From an uncultured Acidobacteriota bacterium (GTDB taxonomy: Bacteria > Acidobacteriota > UBA6911 > RPQK01 > JAPXNP01): 64,000 nt of DNA. Positions 49,236 through 59,097 of this stretch are shown here, one piece after another (positions within the stretch are counted from its first letter, which is position 1; each line of letters opens with the position of its first letter). The translations under genes were made by a program, and so were the position numbers. The notes under the pieces are model-generated. The model did not search any database and was not told where the DNA came from. It saw nothing but the letters and a program-made list of their open reading frames with translations. The stretch is taken from contig CAWGNQ010000005.1 of NCBI GenBank assembly GCA_963823995.1, positions 596,220-660,219 on the forward strand. Direction: 5' to 3'.

Positions 49236-51668
49236 TCAGTCGGAAGCGGTAAGGAGGTTCAGGATCGCGGTATACGCGGGTTTGGGCTGGTAGGAACGGT
49301 CGAAAAGCAGAGCGTCGTCATAGGGCGGGAAAGTGCCGGGTACCCAGGAGTGGAGGTCCGATATCCCCCATACGACGAAGGACTTGCAGCTGCCGCTGTC
49401 GAGGCAGGCCTGCATCGCGCGCCGATAGACATCGGCCTGCTGCTGGTATTGGGCGTCGGTGATCGGCGACGATGCGTCGGGCTGGTGGGGCAAGCGGACA
49501 TCCATTTCGGTGATGTTCGTTTCCAAGCCCAGGGCCCCGAACCTCACGAAGTTCTGCCTCACCGATTCGGCGGAAGGGGCCCAGGCCGGCGCGGTATGGA
49601 ACTGGAATCCCACCCCGTCGATCGGAACGCCGCGTGCGATCATTCCCTGCACATACTCGTAGATCGCGTTCGACTGCGAATTGATCGTCTCGTTGTTGTA
49701 GTCGTTGTAGAAGAGCTTGGCGCCCGGATCCGCTTCATGGGCCCACTCGAAGGCCATGTCGATGTAGTCGGGACCGATGCCCTCCTGCCAGATCGTATCG
49801 CGAAAGCTGCCGTCGCCGTTGAACGCTTCGTTGACGACGTCCCATTCCAGGATCTTGCCTCGATAGTGCCCGACCACCGTGAAGATGTGGTCCTTCAGGA
49901 TCTGGATCAGCTGCTCCCGATTGAAGTTGCCGGCCCTCAGCCAGGAAGGGTTCTGCTGGTGCCAGACCAGGACATGACCACGGACCTTCATGCCGTTGGC
50001 CTCGGCGAAGGCGACCAGCTTGTCTCCCGGACAGAAATTGTAGCGATCCCGCTCGGGATGGATCGTCTGCCATTTCATCTCGTTTTCCGGGGTCAATTCG
50101 TTGAATTCTCCTCCGAGCGTGCTCCGGTAGGCCTCCTCGTTCTCGATGTACTGCGACGCCGCCGCGGCGCCGATGTGCAGTCCCTTGGACGCCGCCGCAG
50201 CCCGAAGCGACGGGTCACGCACAGAAACCCGGGTCCGAAAGACCGACGGAACGGCCTGCACTTGTCCGGGGCTCCCGGTCGGCTCTTCGGCGGCGATTCC
50301 GTAGATCGTCAACCGGCGGTTGGGCGGAACGTTTGTCCCCACAATGAGCCGTCCTTCCTCGGTGAGATTGAAATCTGCAAAGGTCCCGGCCGGCTGCCCA
50401 TTGGCATAGACGATAAAAGTACCGCCCGTCCTGGCCAGTTCGAGCGTCGTCCGCCCTCGAAGGGAGTCCACGTCCGGCAGCGTCTGGACCACCGGGGTCG
50501 AGCTTTCATCGTACTCCTGGACGACGACGCGCCCGTCGACGACACCCAGGCCAATCCGGCGCAGTCCCTGAGACTCCGAACCACCGGCAGGAGAACGACC
50601 GTCGGCAATGAGGAAACCACTCTCACCACTCGCCGGCACGTTGAGCGAGACGAACAGACCGAAGTCGCCGGAAACCTGCAGAGCCGTCGCCTCCGTGTTC
50701 AGTCGGGTTTCGTACGCCGTTCCTGCGGAGCTGACGATACCGCCTCGAACATCTTCGATCCTGGGCCCGGCGCAGCCCCAAAAGCAGGGGTTCACGAGAT
50801 CCTGCGCATCCGGAACGAAAGACCATCCTTCCCGGAGCGGAAAGATCGGGGCCTGAGCAACTTCGGCAGGTGCCGCCCCGATCTGGGGATCCTGGAAGAC
50901 GGGCGGAGTGCCCTGTCCCAGCAGAGTCAGGTAGACGGGAGCGGCCGCTGCGACGTGGAGATGCGCCGCTTCGAAACTGTCGGGAAGATCGGTGATCAGC
51001 TGAAAGGGGAAGACGGCCCGCTGAGCGTCCTCTTCTTCTCCACCGATCTGAATGACTGCTTGATACCTGCGTTCCGTGTCCAGCGTGACGGTGAAGGTCA
51101 CGTCGGTGGGAGTAATCGCTCCGCCGCTCTCGCCGATGGCGGAATCGGCCACCAGGGCGAGCGGCACATTGAACGTAGGACTTCGGACGATGACGGCATC
51201 GTACGCCAGAGCAGGCTCCCGTGACGGTTGCACGGCGATGAGATCGGTCACAACGTCGTCGCTCTGATTGTGCAGCCGGTAGAAGAAAGACGGAACAAGC
51301 GTCGTGGTTTCCAGATCGCCTTCGATGACCAGGATTCCGACCTGAATTTCGTCGCTCGTGACGCGATAGGTCGCGGATCCGTCGGCCTGGATCGAAACCT
51401 GCCAGCCGCCGTCCTGGATAAGAACCGCACCGGACGAGTCTGTCACTCTGAGCGACGTCATGCCGGAGAGGTTTTGCTTCTCCAGGAGCCGAACGGTCCC
51501 CGTCCACGCTTCATTCGGGCTCCGATTCGACAGACGAAGCTCGATCTCGAACCACTGCCCTTGAATGGGGCCGACGGCAGCCTGCGGATAGACGATCCTG
51601 TTCGCCGCCGGCAGAAGGGTCGGGAGAAGACATCCCAGGCAGAACATGAGGAAGAAGGCTTTGCGCAT
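49236..51668 (-). CDS. secreted endo-1,4-beta-xylanase (GH10) with a long N-terminal extension
   Basis: Signal peptide; C-terminal TPENEMKW, RGHVLVWH, WDVVNEA, YNDYN, GFQFH, ITEMDV, PKPAY. Confidence 0.92.
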   Translation of the reverse strand: MRKAFFLMFCLGCLLPTLLPAANRIVYPQAAVGPIQGQWFEIELRLSNRSPNEAWTGTVRLLEKQNLSGMTSLRVTDSSGAVLIQDGGWQVSIQADGSATYRVTSDEIQVGILVIEGDLETTTLVPSFFYRLHNQSDDVVTDLIAVQPSREPALAYDAVIVRSPTFNVPLALVADSAIGESGGAITPTDVTFTVTLDTERRYQAVIQIGGEEEDAQRAVFPFQLITDLPDSFEAAHLHVAAAAPVYLTLLGQGTPPVFQDPQIGAAPAEVAQAPIFPLREGWSFVPDAQDLVNPCFWGCAGPRIEDVRGGIVSSAGTAYETRLNTEATALQVSGDFGLFVSLNVPASGESGFLIADGRSPAGGSESQGLRRIGLGVVDGRVVVQEYDESSTPVVQTLPDVDSLRGRTTLELARTGGTFIVYANGQPAGTFADFNLTEEGRLIVGTNVPPNRRLTIYGIAAEEPTGSPGQVQAVPSVFRTRVSVRDPSLRAAAASKGLHIGAAAASQYIENEEAYRSTLGGEFNELTPENEMKWQTIHPERDRYNFCPGDKLVAFAEANGMKVRGHVLVWHQQNPSWLRAGNFNREQLIQILKDHIFTVVGHYRGKILEWDVVNEAFNGDGSFRDTIWQEGIGPDYIDMAFEWAHEADPGAKLFYNDYNNETINSQSNAIYEYVQGMIARGVPIDGVGFQFHTAPAWAPSAESVRQNFVRFGALGLETNITEMDVRLPHQPDASSPITDAQYQQQADVYRRAMQACLDSGSCKSFVVWGISDLHSWVPGTFPPYDDALLFDRSYQPKPAYTAILNLLTASD

Positions 51669-51904
51669 CGCGTTTCCTTTCCAAAGCCATTGCCCCGAAC
51701 TCCGGACTGGTTACCGGAAGGGACGGTGCCGATGCAACGTTAGCAGATGCCGCCGGAAGATCCAAGTCCGTACAGAATGCTCATGTTCCTGCCAAACATG
51801 CCCGGTTTCCCGGAGAACCTGGAAGGCCCGCGTACCCGCGTAATGGAAAAGTCATTTCCATTCAAGGCCCTTCAGAGTAGGATAGGGAAGATAGGAGGCT
51901 TACC

Positions 51905-52993
51905 GTGAACGAATCGAAGTCCTCCCCACAGCGGATCCAACCGAGGATTCTGATTCTTTTCCTGATCCTGGGGATCCCACCCCTGATCTTGGCTCACCTG
52001 CTGCTCGTGACACGCGCCGAAAACCGCTTCCGCGATGTCGTGGGGACCTACTTCGGCCAGACTGCTCAGCAACTACAGGCGGGGCTCATCCACTACATCG
52101 AAGGTCTCGAGGTGCAGATCGCAAACCTCACGACAGTCGCCGAGATCCAGCAGATCGTCCACCGCTCCAATCAATCCGTTCCCAGTGAACAGACCTTTCA
52201 AGCTCAGATGGAGCAAATCGACCGGGATTGGCCGAGCCTCTCCCCGGAAACCTCCCAACTGATGACTCAGGTGCTGGATAATCCAGCCTCCGCATTCATT
52301 CGTGAGCACAATCGTGTGACGGCGGCCTTTCGCGAAATCCTCGTCTCAGACCGCTTTGGCCGGCTCGTTGCCGCAAGCGGTAAGACGAGCGACTACTTCC
52401 AGGCCGACGAGCCCTGGTGGAGGGCAGCCTATCTGGAGGGGAAGGGTCAGCGTTACATCAGCGATATCACGTACGACGAGAGTGCCGGTGTCTACTCGAT
52501 AGAAATCGCCGAGCCGATACGGGACAGCATGTCCGGAGACGTGGTCGGAATCGTCAAGGGGATCGTGGACAGTCACGAGATGTTCGGGATGCTCGACAAC
52601 CTCCGGTTCGGGCGGGAATCCACGGCGGTCGTCATTCGTCCGGACGGAACGATGGTCACGAGTCCGGGCTCCACGGATCCGTATCCCTATGCGAGGCAGG
52701 TGCTGGCGAACCTGGACGACAGTCGCCGATGGGCAGAGGTGCCTGCGCCACGACCGGGCTTCTTTATCGGACTTCCCCGCGCTGGGGTCAACACGGAAAT
52801 CCCGGAGCTGAACTGGGTGCTTTTCATTGAAGCTCCGTACGGCGAAGTGTTCTCTCCGTTTCAGGATCTGCGCAGTTGGTTCCTCTATATCGCACTCATC
52901 TCGGTGGGACTGGTTATCGTGCTGGCCCTGATCTTTACCTGGATCCTGTCGAAACCGATCATTCAGACCGACCCTCATCTCGAGCGAATCTAG
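51905..52993 (+). CDS. Cache-domain membrane protein with no cytoplasmic output domain
   Basis: TM - extracytoplasmic (SDRFGRLVA, TSDYFQADEPWW, YDESA, IAEPI, VVGIVKG) - TM - 13-residue tail; AGGAGG RBS before GTG. Confidence 0.8.
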   Translation: MNESKSSPQRIQPRILILFLILGIPPLILAHLLLVTRAENRFRDVVGTYFGQTAQQLQAGLIHYIEGLEVQIANLTTVAEIQQIVHRSNQSVPSEQTFQAQMEQIDRDWPSLSPETSQLMTQVLDNPASAFIREHNRVTAAFREILVSDRFGRLVAASGKTSDYFQADEPWWRAAYLEGKGQRYISDITYDESAGVYSIEIAEPIRDSMSGDVVGIVKGIVDSHEMFGMLDNLRFGRESTAVVIRPDGTMVTSPGSTDPYPYARQVLANLDDSRRWAEVPAPRPGFFIGLPRAGVNTEIPELNWVLFIEAPYGEVFSPFQDLRSWFLYIALISVGLVIVLALIFTWILSKPIIQTDPHLERI

Positions 52994-53008
52994 CGGCTTC
53001 GTTTCGGT

Positions 53009-53407
53009 TCATCCTTCGTCGCCGCCCGGCTCCTGTTTCGAGTCCTCTTTGTGACGTCGGTGATGTCGCCTGCGAATCTCTTCGAGCTTCGCTTTCTGCT
53101 CGGGAGTCAGGACCGGGACAAGCTTGTCCTGGGCTCCCCGGATAATGGCACGCACACGGGGGTGTACCTCCCGGTTCAGATGCTCCAGTTCCTGTCTGGC
53201 CTGGACAACCGCCTGGGCGAAAACGGCCTGCTGTTCGGGGGTCAAGCTCAGCTCGCGGATGGTATTCTCCTGGACGAACGAGAGAAACTCATCGGGACGC
53301 GGCGGACCGGAAGCCCCTTTTTCCAGGTAGGAGCTCACTGTGAAGCCTAATAGAAATCCGGCTCCAAAGATCAGCAAGACTCCGACGATCGATTTCCAGC
53401 GATTCAA
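53009..53407 (-). CDS. Spy/CpxP-like or heavy-metal-sensor-like extracytoplasmic protein
   Basis: N-terminal TM; two LTPEQ motifs; His/Arg-rich tail; TTG start. Confidence 0.7.
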   Translation of the reverse strand: MNRWKSIVGVLLIFGAGFLLGFTVSSYLEKGASGPPRPDEFLSFVQENTIRELSLTPEQQAVFAQAVVQARQELEHLNREVHPRVRAIIRGAQDKLVPVLTPEQKAKLEEIRRRHHRRHKEDSKQEPGGDEG

Positions 53408-53413
53408 TGTCGA

Positions 53414-53791
53414 TTACCTTCCGTCATTCAGCGTCAGGATAGCCTGTAAAACCTCGTTATTGGTCAACTGCGCCTCCTCCTGCGTTGTCACCGTCTGGAC
53501 CAGTTCCTCAGACGGACCGATTTGCGGAGCGAGTTGAGGAGTGGTCCCGACGAGCGACCGCAGCACGATCAGAAGCAGAATGCACACCGGCGCCAGAAGG
53601 GGAGAGGCTCTCCATCCCAACTGACCGACCGTGAATGTCACGACCTGCGTCGCGCGGTGGCGGCGAAGCTTGTCCCGGAACCCGGCCAGGAAGACCGCAT
53701 CCGGACTCTCCTCCTCCGCATCCCACGACTCCAGCCGAAACAATCTACGGGCAAGCCGTTCGAATTCTTCGGAGTCCAGCCTGCGTTTCAT
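53414..53791 (-). CDS. putative single-pass anti-sigma factor
   Basis: Directly follows the ECF sigma gene; short cytoplasmic domain with PDAVF, one TM helix. Confidence 0.6.
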   Translation of the reverse strand: MKRRLDSEEFERLARRLFRLESWDAEEESPDAVFLAGFRDKLRRHRATQVVTFTVGQLGWRASPLLAPVCILLLIVLRSLVGTTPQLAPQIGPSEELVQTVTTQEEAQLTNNEVLQAILTLNDGR

Positions 53792-53794
53792 GAT

Positions 53795-54418
53795 TCAACC
53801 CTCCTCTTTGCCATCGATGAGAGTTTCCAGCTCTCGCTTCAGGGTTCGTCTTGCACGAAAGGCCCTCACCCTGACGTTGACCTCCGTCCAGCCGAGCATC
53901 TCGGCCACCTCGGAGACATCCAGACCTTCACCGTAGAGCAACCGCAGTATGGCCTGGTCCTTGGGAGCGATCTTCGGGAGGACCTTCTTCAATAACTCAC
54001 GGGCATCTCTGGCATCGGTCCGCCGTCGCTCCGCTTCCCGTGAGTGATCACTCATCATCCGTTCCAGCCAGGTCGAATCCTCCATCTTCATCTGCGAAGC
54101 GGATTCTTCGGGGTGGCGCTTCAGCTTCCTCAGCCGGTCCAGGCAGAGATTCACTGTTATCCGGATGATCCAGTTCTTGAACGGAACCCCGGACTTCAGC
54201 TTGGACAGCTTCTGGTACGCGCGCACGAAAGCGTCCTGTGACAGATCCTCAGCATCCGCAAGGCTCGAAACGTAGCGTCGTGCCACCCGCGTCAGCAATG
54301 AACGATAGCGGAGGATCAGCTCCTCGAAAGCCTCATCCGAGCCGGCGCGAGCCCTCTCGACCAGAAGCTCGTCGGACAGCTCTGAAGGATCCCGATTGTC
54401 TGGACGTTCCAAAGACAT
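53795..54418 (-). CDS. ECF RNA polymerase sigma factor
   Basis: SDELLV, AFEELILRY, DAEDLSQDAFVRAY, FKNWIIRITVN.CLD, EVAEMLG, VRVRAFRAR. Confidence 0.93.
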   Translation of the reverse strand: MSLERPDNRDPSELSDELLVERARAGSDEAFEELILRYRSLLTRVARRYVSSLADAEDLSQDAFVRAYQKLSKLKSGVPFKNWIIRITVNLCLDRLRKLKRHPEESASQMKMEDSTWLERMMSDHSREAERRRTDARDARELLKKVLPKIAPKDQAILRLLYGEGLDVSEVAEMLGWTEVNVRVRAFRARRTLKRELETLIDGKEEG

Positions 54419-54516
54419 TGTCTTAGGTCCGACTGTTTCCAATCGTCTTCCGGTCCAGATCTGATCTAGGGTCGCAACTTGCAATGCTGTACACCGTTTT
54501 CGAACTGGTCAACTGT

Positions 54517-54545
54517 CTTACGTCCTCATTCTTCCGGTTGTTACA
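54517..54545 (-). promoter_or_regulatory. ECF-sigma promoter TGTAAC-N17-CGTAAG (autoregulatory candidate)
   Basis: About 100 nt upstream of the sigma gene; has a twin on the opposite strand. Confidence 0.65.
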
Positions 54546-54606
54546 GATGGCTTCGGAACCGGCCAAGCAATCGGCTTGCCGGACGCGTGCGGGGATCCCG
54601 ACACCC

Positions 54607-54635
54607 CGTAACAGCGCTCTTCCACCCATCGTATG
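54607..54635 (+). promoter_or_regulatory. ECF-sigma promoter CGTAAC-N17-CGTATG
   Basis: About 80 nt upstream of the adaptor gene at 54715. Confidence 0.65.
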
Positions 54636-54714
54636 AAGAGTGTCGCTCAAGCCGGGTCAAAGTCCACCACTGAGCTTCCCGCCACCTTGAGAGAACGAAG
54701 AACGAGGTAACGTC

Positions 54715-56202
54715 ATGCATATCAAGCGTAGCCACAAGATCATCGGAGGAAGCCTGCTCCTGCTCGTCGGCTTGCTGGCTCTCCTTTTCTACCCGAGTAC
54801 GAATGCCAAAGGCAAGTCGCCGAACTTCCTCACGAGCACCGTCAAGAAAGGGAATGTCCACCGGACGGTCAGTTCGACCGGAACGCTCGAGGCTGTCGTC
54901 ACGGTTCAGGTCGGCAGCCAGGTTTCGGGTCGGATCCTGGAACTCGATGCCGATTACAACAGTGTCGTCAAAAAGGGACAAGTCCTCGCCATCCTGGATC
55001 CCGCCAATTACGAGGCACAGAGGGATCGCAGCCAGGCGGCCCTGACGACGGCGAAGGCCAACCTCCGGAACGCTGAGGCAACCATCCTGAACCGCGAGGC
55101 GGAACTGAAGTCAACTCGGGCCAACGTGGATGCAGCCAAGGTCGACGCCGATCTGACAGCACGGCAGTTCCGCAGACAGCAGGAGCTTTTCCAGGAGAAG
55201 CTGATCACCGAGCAGGACGTCGAAGACGCCCGTGCCGCCATGGAACAGAGCCAGGCCCGGCTGAAACAGGCCGATGCCCAGGTGGATCAAAGCAGGGCCG
55301 CCATGGCCTCGGCACAGGCCCAGAAGGAACAGGCTGCGGCCAGTATTCAGCAGTCGGAGGCCGAGCTCAAGATCGCCGAAGTAAATCTCCAGTACACCAC
55401 GATTACTTCTCCGATCAATGGCGTCGTGATCGAGCGCAATGTGGACATCGGTCAAACGGTCGCGGCGACGCTGCAGGCCCCGACCCTTTTCCTCATTGCC
55501 AACGATCTGAGCCGCATGCGTCTGATCGCCCAGGTCGATGAGGCGGACATCGGAGGAATCTCCGAACAGGCGGCCGTCCGATTTACGGTGGATGCCTTCC
55601 CGGACGAGACCTTCAAGGGAACGATCTCCGAAATCCGCCTCGGCAGCTCGAAATCGACGGCCGGTACCGCGTCGAACGTCGTCGTTTACAACGTCATCGT
55701 GGACGTCGCCAATCCGTCGCTTAAACTGCGGCCGGGCATGACGGCAACCGTGGAATTTACCGTCGCCAACGCCGATAACGTCCTGACGATTCCCAATACG
55801 GCCCTCCGTTTCAAGCCAAGCGGATTCCAAAACACCGGGCCCCAGGAGACCGTGCGGGCCGATCCTCCACAGAATTCCTCGGAGGAGATCGTCGACTCAG
55901 GCCCGGTCGTAACGTCGTCCGGAACCGAGCAGTATGGCATCAAACCGGGCCCAAAGGTCCATTTCCCCTCGGCTCGTTCATCCCAGCCCGCCTGGGGTGA
56001 GGTCTGGGTTCTGGGAAAGGACTCCGACACGGTGCCCCAGCCGCGCCGCGTACAACTGGGCATCACCGACGGCGTCGAGACGGCCGTCCTGGACGGGCAG
56101 CTTTCGGAGGGTGACCAGGTCATTCTTCGTGAATTGAGCGGCGAACAGGGATCCCGGATTTCATTCTCGCCGTTTGGTGGGCCGCCGAGACGGAGAGGCT
56201 GA
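54715..56202 (+). CDS. efflux periplasmic adaptor subunit (MacA-like)
   Basis: TVQVGSQVSG, DYNSVVKKGQ, ITSPINGVV, GQTVAA, VDEADIG, LRPGMTA. Confidence 0.92.
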   Translation: MHIKRSHKIIGGSLLLLVGLLALLFYPSTNAKGKSPNFLTSTVKKGNVHRTVSSTGTLEAVVTVQVGSQVSGRILELDADYNSVVKKGQVLAILDPANYEAQRDRSQAALTTAKANLRNAEATILNREAELKSTRANVDAAKVDADLTARQFRRQQELFQEKLITEQDVEDARAAMEQSQARLKQADAQVDQSRAAMASAQAQKEQAAASIQQSEAELKIAEVNLQYTTITSPINGVVIERNVDIGQTVAATLQAPTLFLIANDLSRMRLIAQVDEADIGGISEQAAVRFTVDAFPDETFKGTISEIRLGSSKSTAGTASNVVVYNVIVDVANPSLKLRPGMTATVEFTVANADNVLTIPNTALRFKPSGFQNTGPQETVRADPPQNSSEEIVDSGPVVTSSGTEQYGIKPGPKVHFPSARSSQPAWGEVWVLGKDSDTVPQPRRVQLGITDGVETAVLDGQLSEGDQVILRELSGEQGSRISFSPFGGPPRRRG

Positions 56203-56204
56203 TC

Positions 56205-56963
56205 ATGAACACGCAACGAGAATCATCGACGATATCCGGTCTCGATACGATGGCCATCACGAGCGTGGGGCCTGAAACGACCGCCGAAAAGGTGATTCAG
56301 CTGGATCAGATCTGGAAGATCTACCGGACCGGGGATGTCGAGTTGGCGGCTCTGCGCAGCGTCTCTCTCGAGATCCGTCGCGGGGAATTCGTGGCCGTCA
56401 TGGGCAGCTCGGGATCCGGCAAGTCGACTCTTCTGAACATCCTGGGCTGCCTGGATCACCCCACGAGAGGCACCTACAAACTGGCGGGCACCGATGTATC
56501 GACCTATTCCGCCGCTGAACGGGCCGATGTCCGCAACCGTGCCATCGGATTCATCTTCCAGAACTTCAACCTTCTTCCACGGACCTCCGTTTGGGAGAAT
56601 GTGGAGGCCCCGATGCTCTATGCGGGCATCCGAAAGGTGGAGCGTTCACGACGGATCGAGGCGGCGCTGCAGACGGTCGGGATCTCCGAAAAGGCCGCGT
56701 CCCTGCCGAATCAGCTTTCCGGAGGGCAACAACAGCGTGTGGCCATTGCACGATCCCTCATCAACCGGCCTTCCATCGTGCTGGCCGATGAACCGACCGG
56801 GAACCTCGACAGTCACACCTCGGAGGAGATCCTGACCTTCCTTCAGGAACTGAACCGGTCCGAGCATATTACGCTCGTGATGGTCACCCATGACATCGAG
56901 GCCGCGGAGTATGCATCGCGACGGATCGTGATGAGGGACGGACAGATTGAAAGTGACGTTTGA
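56205..56963 (+). CDS. ABC transporter ATP-binding protein (MacB/LolD-like)
   Basis: [36 protein letters not shown]. Confidence 0.95.
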   Translation: MNTQRESSTISGLDTMAITSVGPETTAEKVIQLDQIWKIYRTGDVELAALRSVSLEIRRGEFVAVMGSSGSGKSTLLNILGCLDHPTRGTYKLAGTDVSTYSAAERADVRNRAIGFIFQNFNLLPRTSVWENVEAPMLYAGIRKVERSRRIEAALQTVGISEKAASLPNQLSGGQQQRVAIARSLINRPSIVLADEPTGNLDSHTSEEILTFLQELNRSEHITLVMVTHDIEAAEYASRRIVMRDGQIESDV

Positions 56964-57021
56964 CGGCAGAGATCCGCGCCAATGCCGCACGGCTGCGCGG
57001 ACGGACGCCTGGAGATAAGCG

Positions 57022-58239
57022 ATGAGTATCTGGATGATCATGAAGGTGTCTGCCAAGGCGCTGACCCGAAACAAGTTTCGCGCCTTTCTGACTATGCTCG
57101 GCATCATCATCGGCGTGGCGGCCGTGATTGCGATGATCTCCCTGGGCCGAGGTGCCCAGGAGCAGGTCAAGGAGCGGATTTCCTCAATGGGAACCGACAT
57201 CATTTGGGTTCGTGCCGGGAGCCGGAACGAGGGTGGCATGATGGGCGGCTCCGGGACGAACAATACTCTGACGGTCGAGGACTTCGAGGCCATGGAGCGG
57301 GAATGCCCGTCGATCAAGATTGCCAGTCCGACAGCCAACACCGCGCAACAGGTGGTCTTCGGCGGACAGAACTGGAACACCCGGATCGAGGGCTACAACG
57401 AGAGGTTCCCGGTCCTGCGCAACTGGACGATTGCGGCAGGCACGAGCTTTACCTCTCAGCAGGTCCGCAGCGCGGCGCGGGTGGCCGTACTCGGCCAGAC
57501 CGTGGTGGATCAGCTGTTCCCGAACTCGAACCCCATCGGCCAGACGATTCGTGTCGGCGCGTTGCCGTTCACGGTCCTGGGAGTCTTGGGCAAGAAAGGG
57601 GCCGACCCTCGCGGCTTCGACCAGGACGACACGATCATCGTTCCCTACTCGACGGTCCAGAAAAAATTCCAGGGCGGTGTGCTCTACGTCCAGTCGGGCA
57701 TCGTCAAGGCCGTTGAGGGCCAGGCGGGATATGCGGAGGATGAACTGACCGACCTGCTGCGGCAGCGACACAACATTCGACCCGGACAGCCCGACGACTT
57801 CGAAATCCGGAATTTCAGCGAATTCGCCCAGGCGCTCGAACAGACCCAGGGTGTCATGACGACCTTACTGGCCAGTATCGCCTCGGTATCGCTTCTGGTC
57901 GGCGGCATCGGGATCATGAACATCATGCTGGTCTCCGTGTCGGAGCGCACTCGTGAAATCGGGATCCACATGAGCATCGGCGCCCGCCCCAATCAGGTGC
58001 GGGTCCAGTTCCTGTTCGAATCGATCGCCCTCTGCCTGCTCGGTGGACTCGTGGGACTCGGTTTGGGCGTCGGCGGGTCCTACGCTTTCTCGACATTCCT
58101 GAACTGGTCGACGTCGCTCTCTCCGGACGCCGTGGCGGCAGCGATCATCTTCCCGGTGATGATCGGGGTCTTCTTCGGCTACTATCCGGCCCACAAGGCG
58201 GCAGCGCTCGATCCGATCGAAGCCCTGCGGTATGAGTAA
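57022..58239 (+). CDS. ABC transporter permease (MacB family)
   Basis: LTMLGIIIGV, SLLVGGIGIMNIMLVSVSERTREIG, LDPIEALRYE. Confidence 0.95.
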   Translation: MSIWMIMKVSAKALTRNKFRAFLTMLGIIIGVAAVIAMISLGRGAQEQVKERISSMGTDIIWVRAGSRNEGGMMGGSGTNNTLTVEDFEAMERECPSIKIASPTANTAQQVVFGGQNWNTRIEGYNERFPVLRNWTIAAGTSFTSQQVRSAARVAVLGQTVVDQLFPNSNPIGQTIRVGALPFTVLGVLGKKGADPRGFDQDDTIIVPYSTVQKKFQGGVLYVQSGIVKAVEGQAGYAEDELTDLLRQRHNIRPGQPDDFEIRNFSEFAQALEQTQGVMTTLLASIASVSLLVGGIGIMNIMLVSVSERTREIGIHMSIGARPNQVRVQFLFESIALCLLGGLVGLGLGVGGSYAFSTFLNWSTSLSPDAVAAAIIFPVMIGVFFGYYPAHKAAALDPIEALRYE

Positions 58240-58293
58240 GCGGCGGTGCCGGGATTTCGAGTTTTCGTCGTTCGGCGGTGCAAAGCGCGCGTC

Positions 58294-59097
58294 TTACGCA
58301 GTCCCTTCTGCGGCGATGCCTTGGGTAACAGCGGTACTGAGGAGTGCAACCCGTTCGGAATGAGCCATTCGCGCCACCTCACCGACGACGAGCAAGGCCG
58401 GAGACGAGAGTGCTTCCCGTTCGACCTCGGCAGCGATGTCCCGTAAGGTTCCGACGACGGTCCTTTGCTGTGCGGTCGTAGCGGATTGGATCACAGCGGC
58501 GGGAGTCGTCAGCGATCGTCCATTGACGACCAGCTGGTTGATGATCGACCGAAGGTTGGAGAGCGGCATCAATACGACCAGGGTGTCCGTTGCGCCGGCC
58601 AGGCAACGCCAGTTCACCGGGTTCCCGGGATCCTGTACCTGATGTCCGGAGACGATCGCGACCGTCGAAGCGGTGCCGCGTCGCGTGACGGAAATCCCGG
58701 CTGCGGCCGGCGCGGCCAGCGCGGAACTGACCCCGGGGATGACCTCGCAGGGGATCCCGTGATCCTTCAGATAGCTCACTTCCTCGCCGCCCCGACCGAA
58801 CAGAAAGGGGTCGCCTCCCTTCAGGCGAACGACGTTCAGCCCTCTTCGGGCACGCTCGACGAGGAGCCGATTGATCTGCTCCTGGGGGAAGCAATAATGT
58901 CCGCCGCGCTTGCCGACGTAGACTCGTTCCGCATCCGTTGGAGCTTCCTCCAGCAGACAGGGGGCGATGAGGCGATCATACACGACGACCTCCGCCGTCT
59001 GCAGAGCGCGCAATCCCTTGAGTGTCAGCAGTTCCGGATCTCCCGGCCCCGCGCCCACCAGGGTCACCCGGCCGCAACGGCCCCGCAGCATCCTCAT
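58294..59097 (-). CDS. cobA: uroporphyrinogen-III C-methyltransferase
   Basis: LVGAGPGDPELLTLKG, YDRL, VRLKGGDPFLFGRGGEE, PGVSS. Confidence 0.93.
   Translation of the reverse strand: MRMLRGRCGRVTLVGAGPGDPELLTLKGLRALQTAEVVVYDRLIAPCLLEEAPTDAERVYVGKRGGHYCFPQEQINRLLVERARRGLNVVRLKGGDPFLFGRGGEEVSYLKDHGIPCEVIPGVSSALAAPAAAGISVTRRGTASTVAIVSGHQVQDPGNPVNWRCLAGATDTLVVLMPLSNLRSIINQLVVNGRSLTTPAAVIQSATTAQQRTVVGTLRDIAAEVEREALSSPALLVVGEVARMAHSERVALLSTAVTQGIAAEGTA

Noticed and set aside
47472-51224. Long plus-strand ORFs (583 aa and 665 aa) and similar long antisense ORFs across the window
   Set aside because: Shadow frames of mgtE, the xylanase and other real genes, expected in high-GC DNA; no domain motifs
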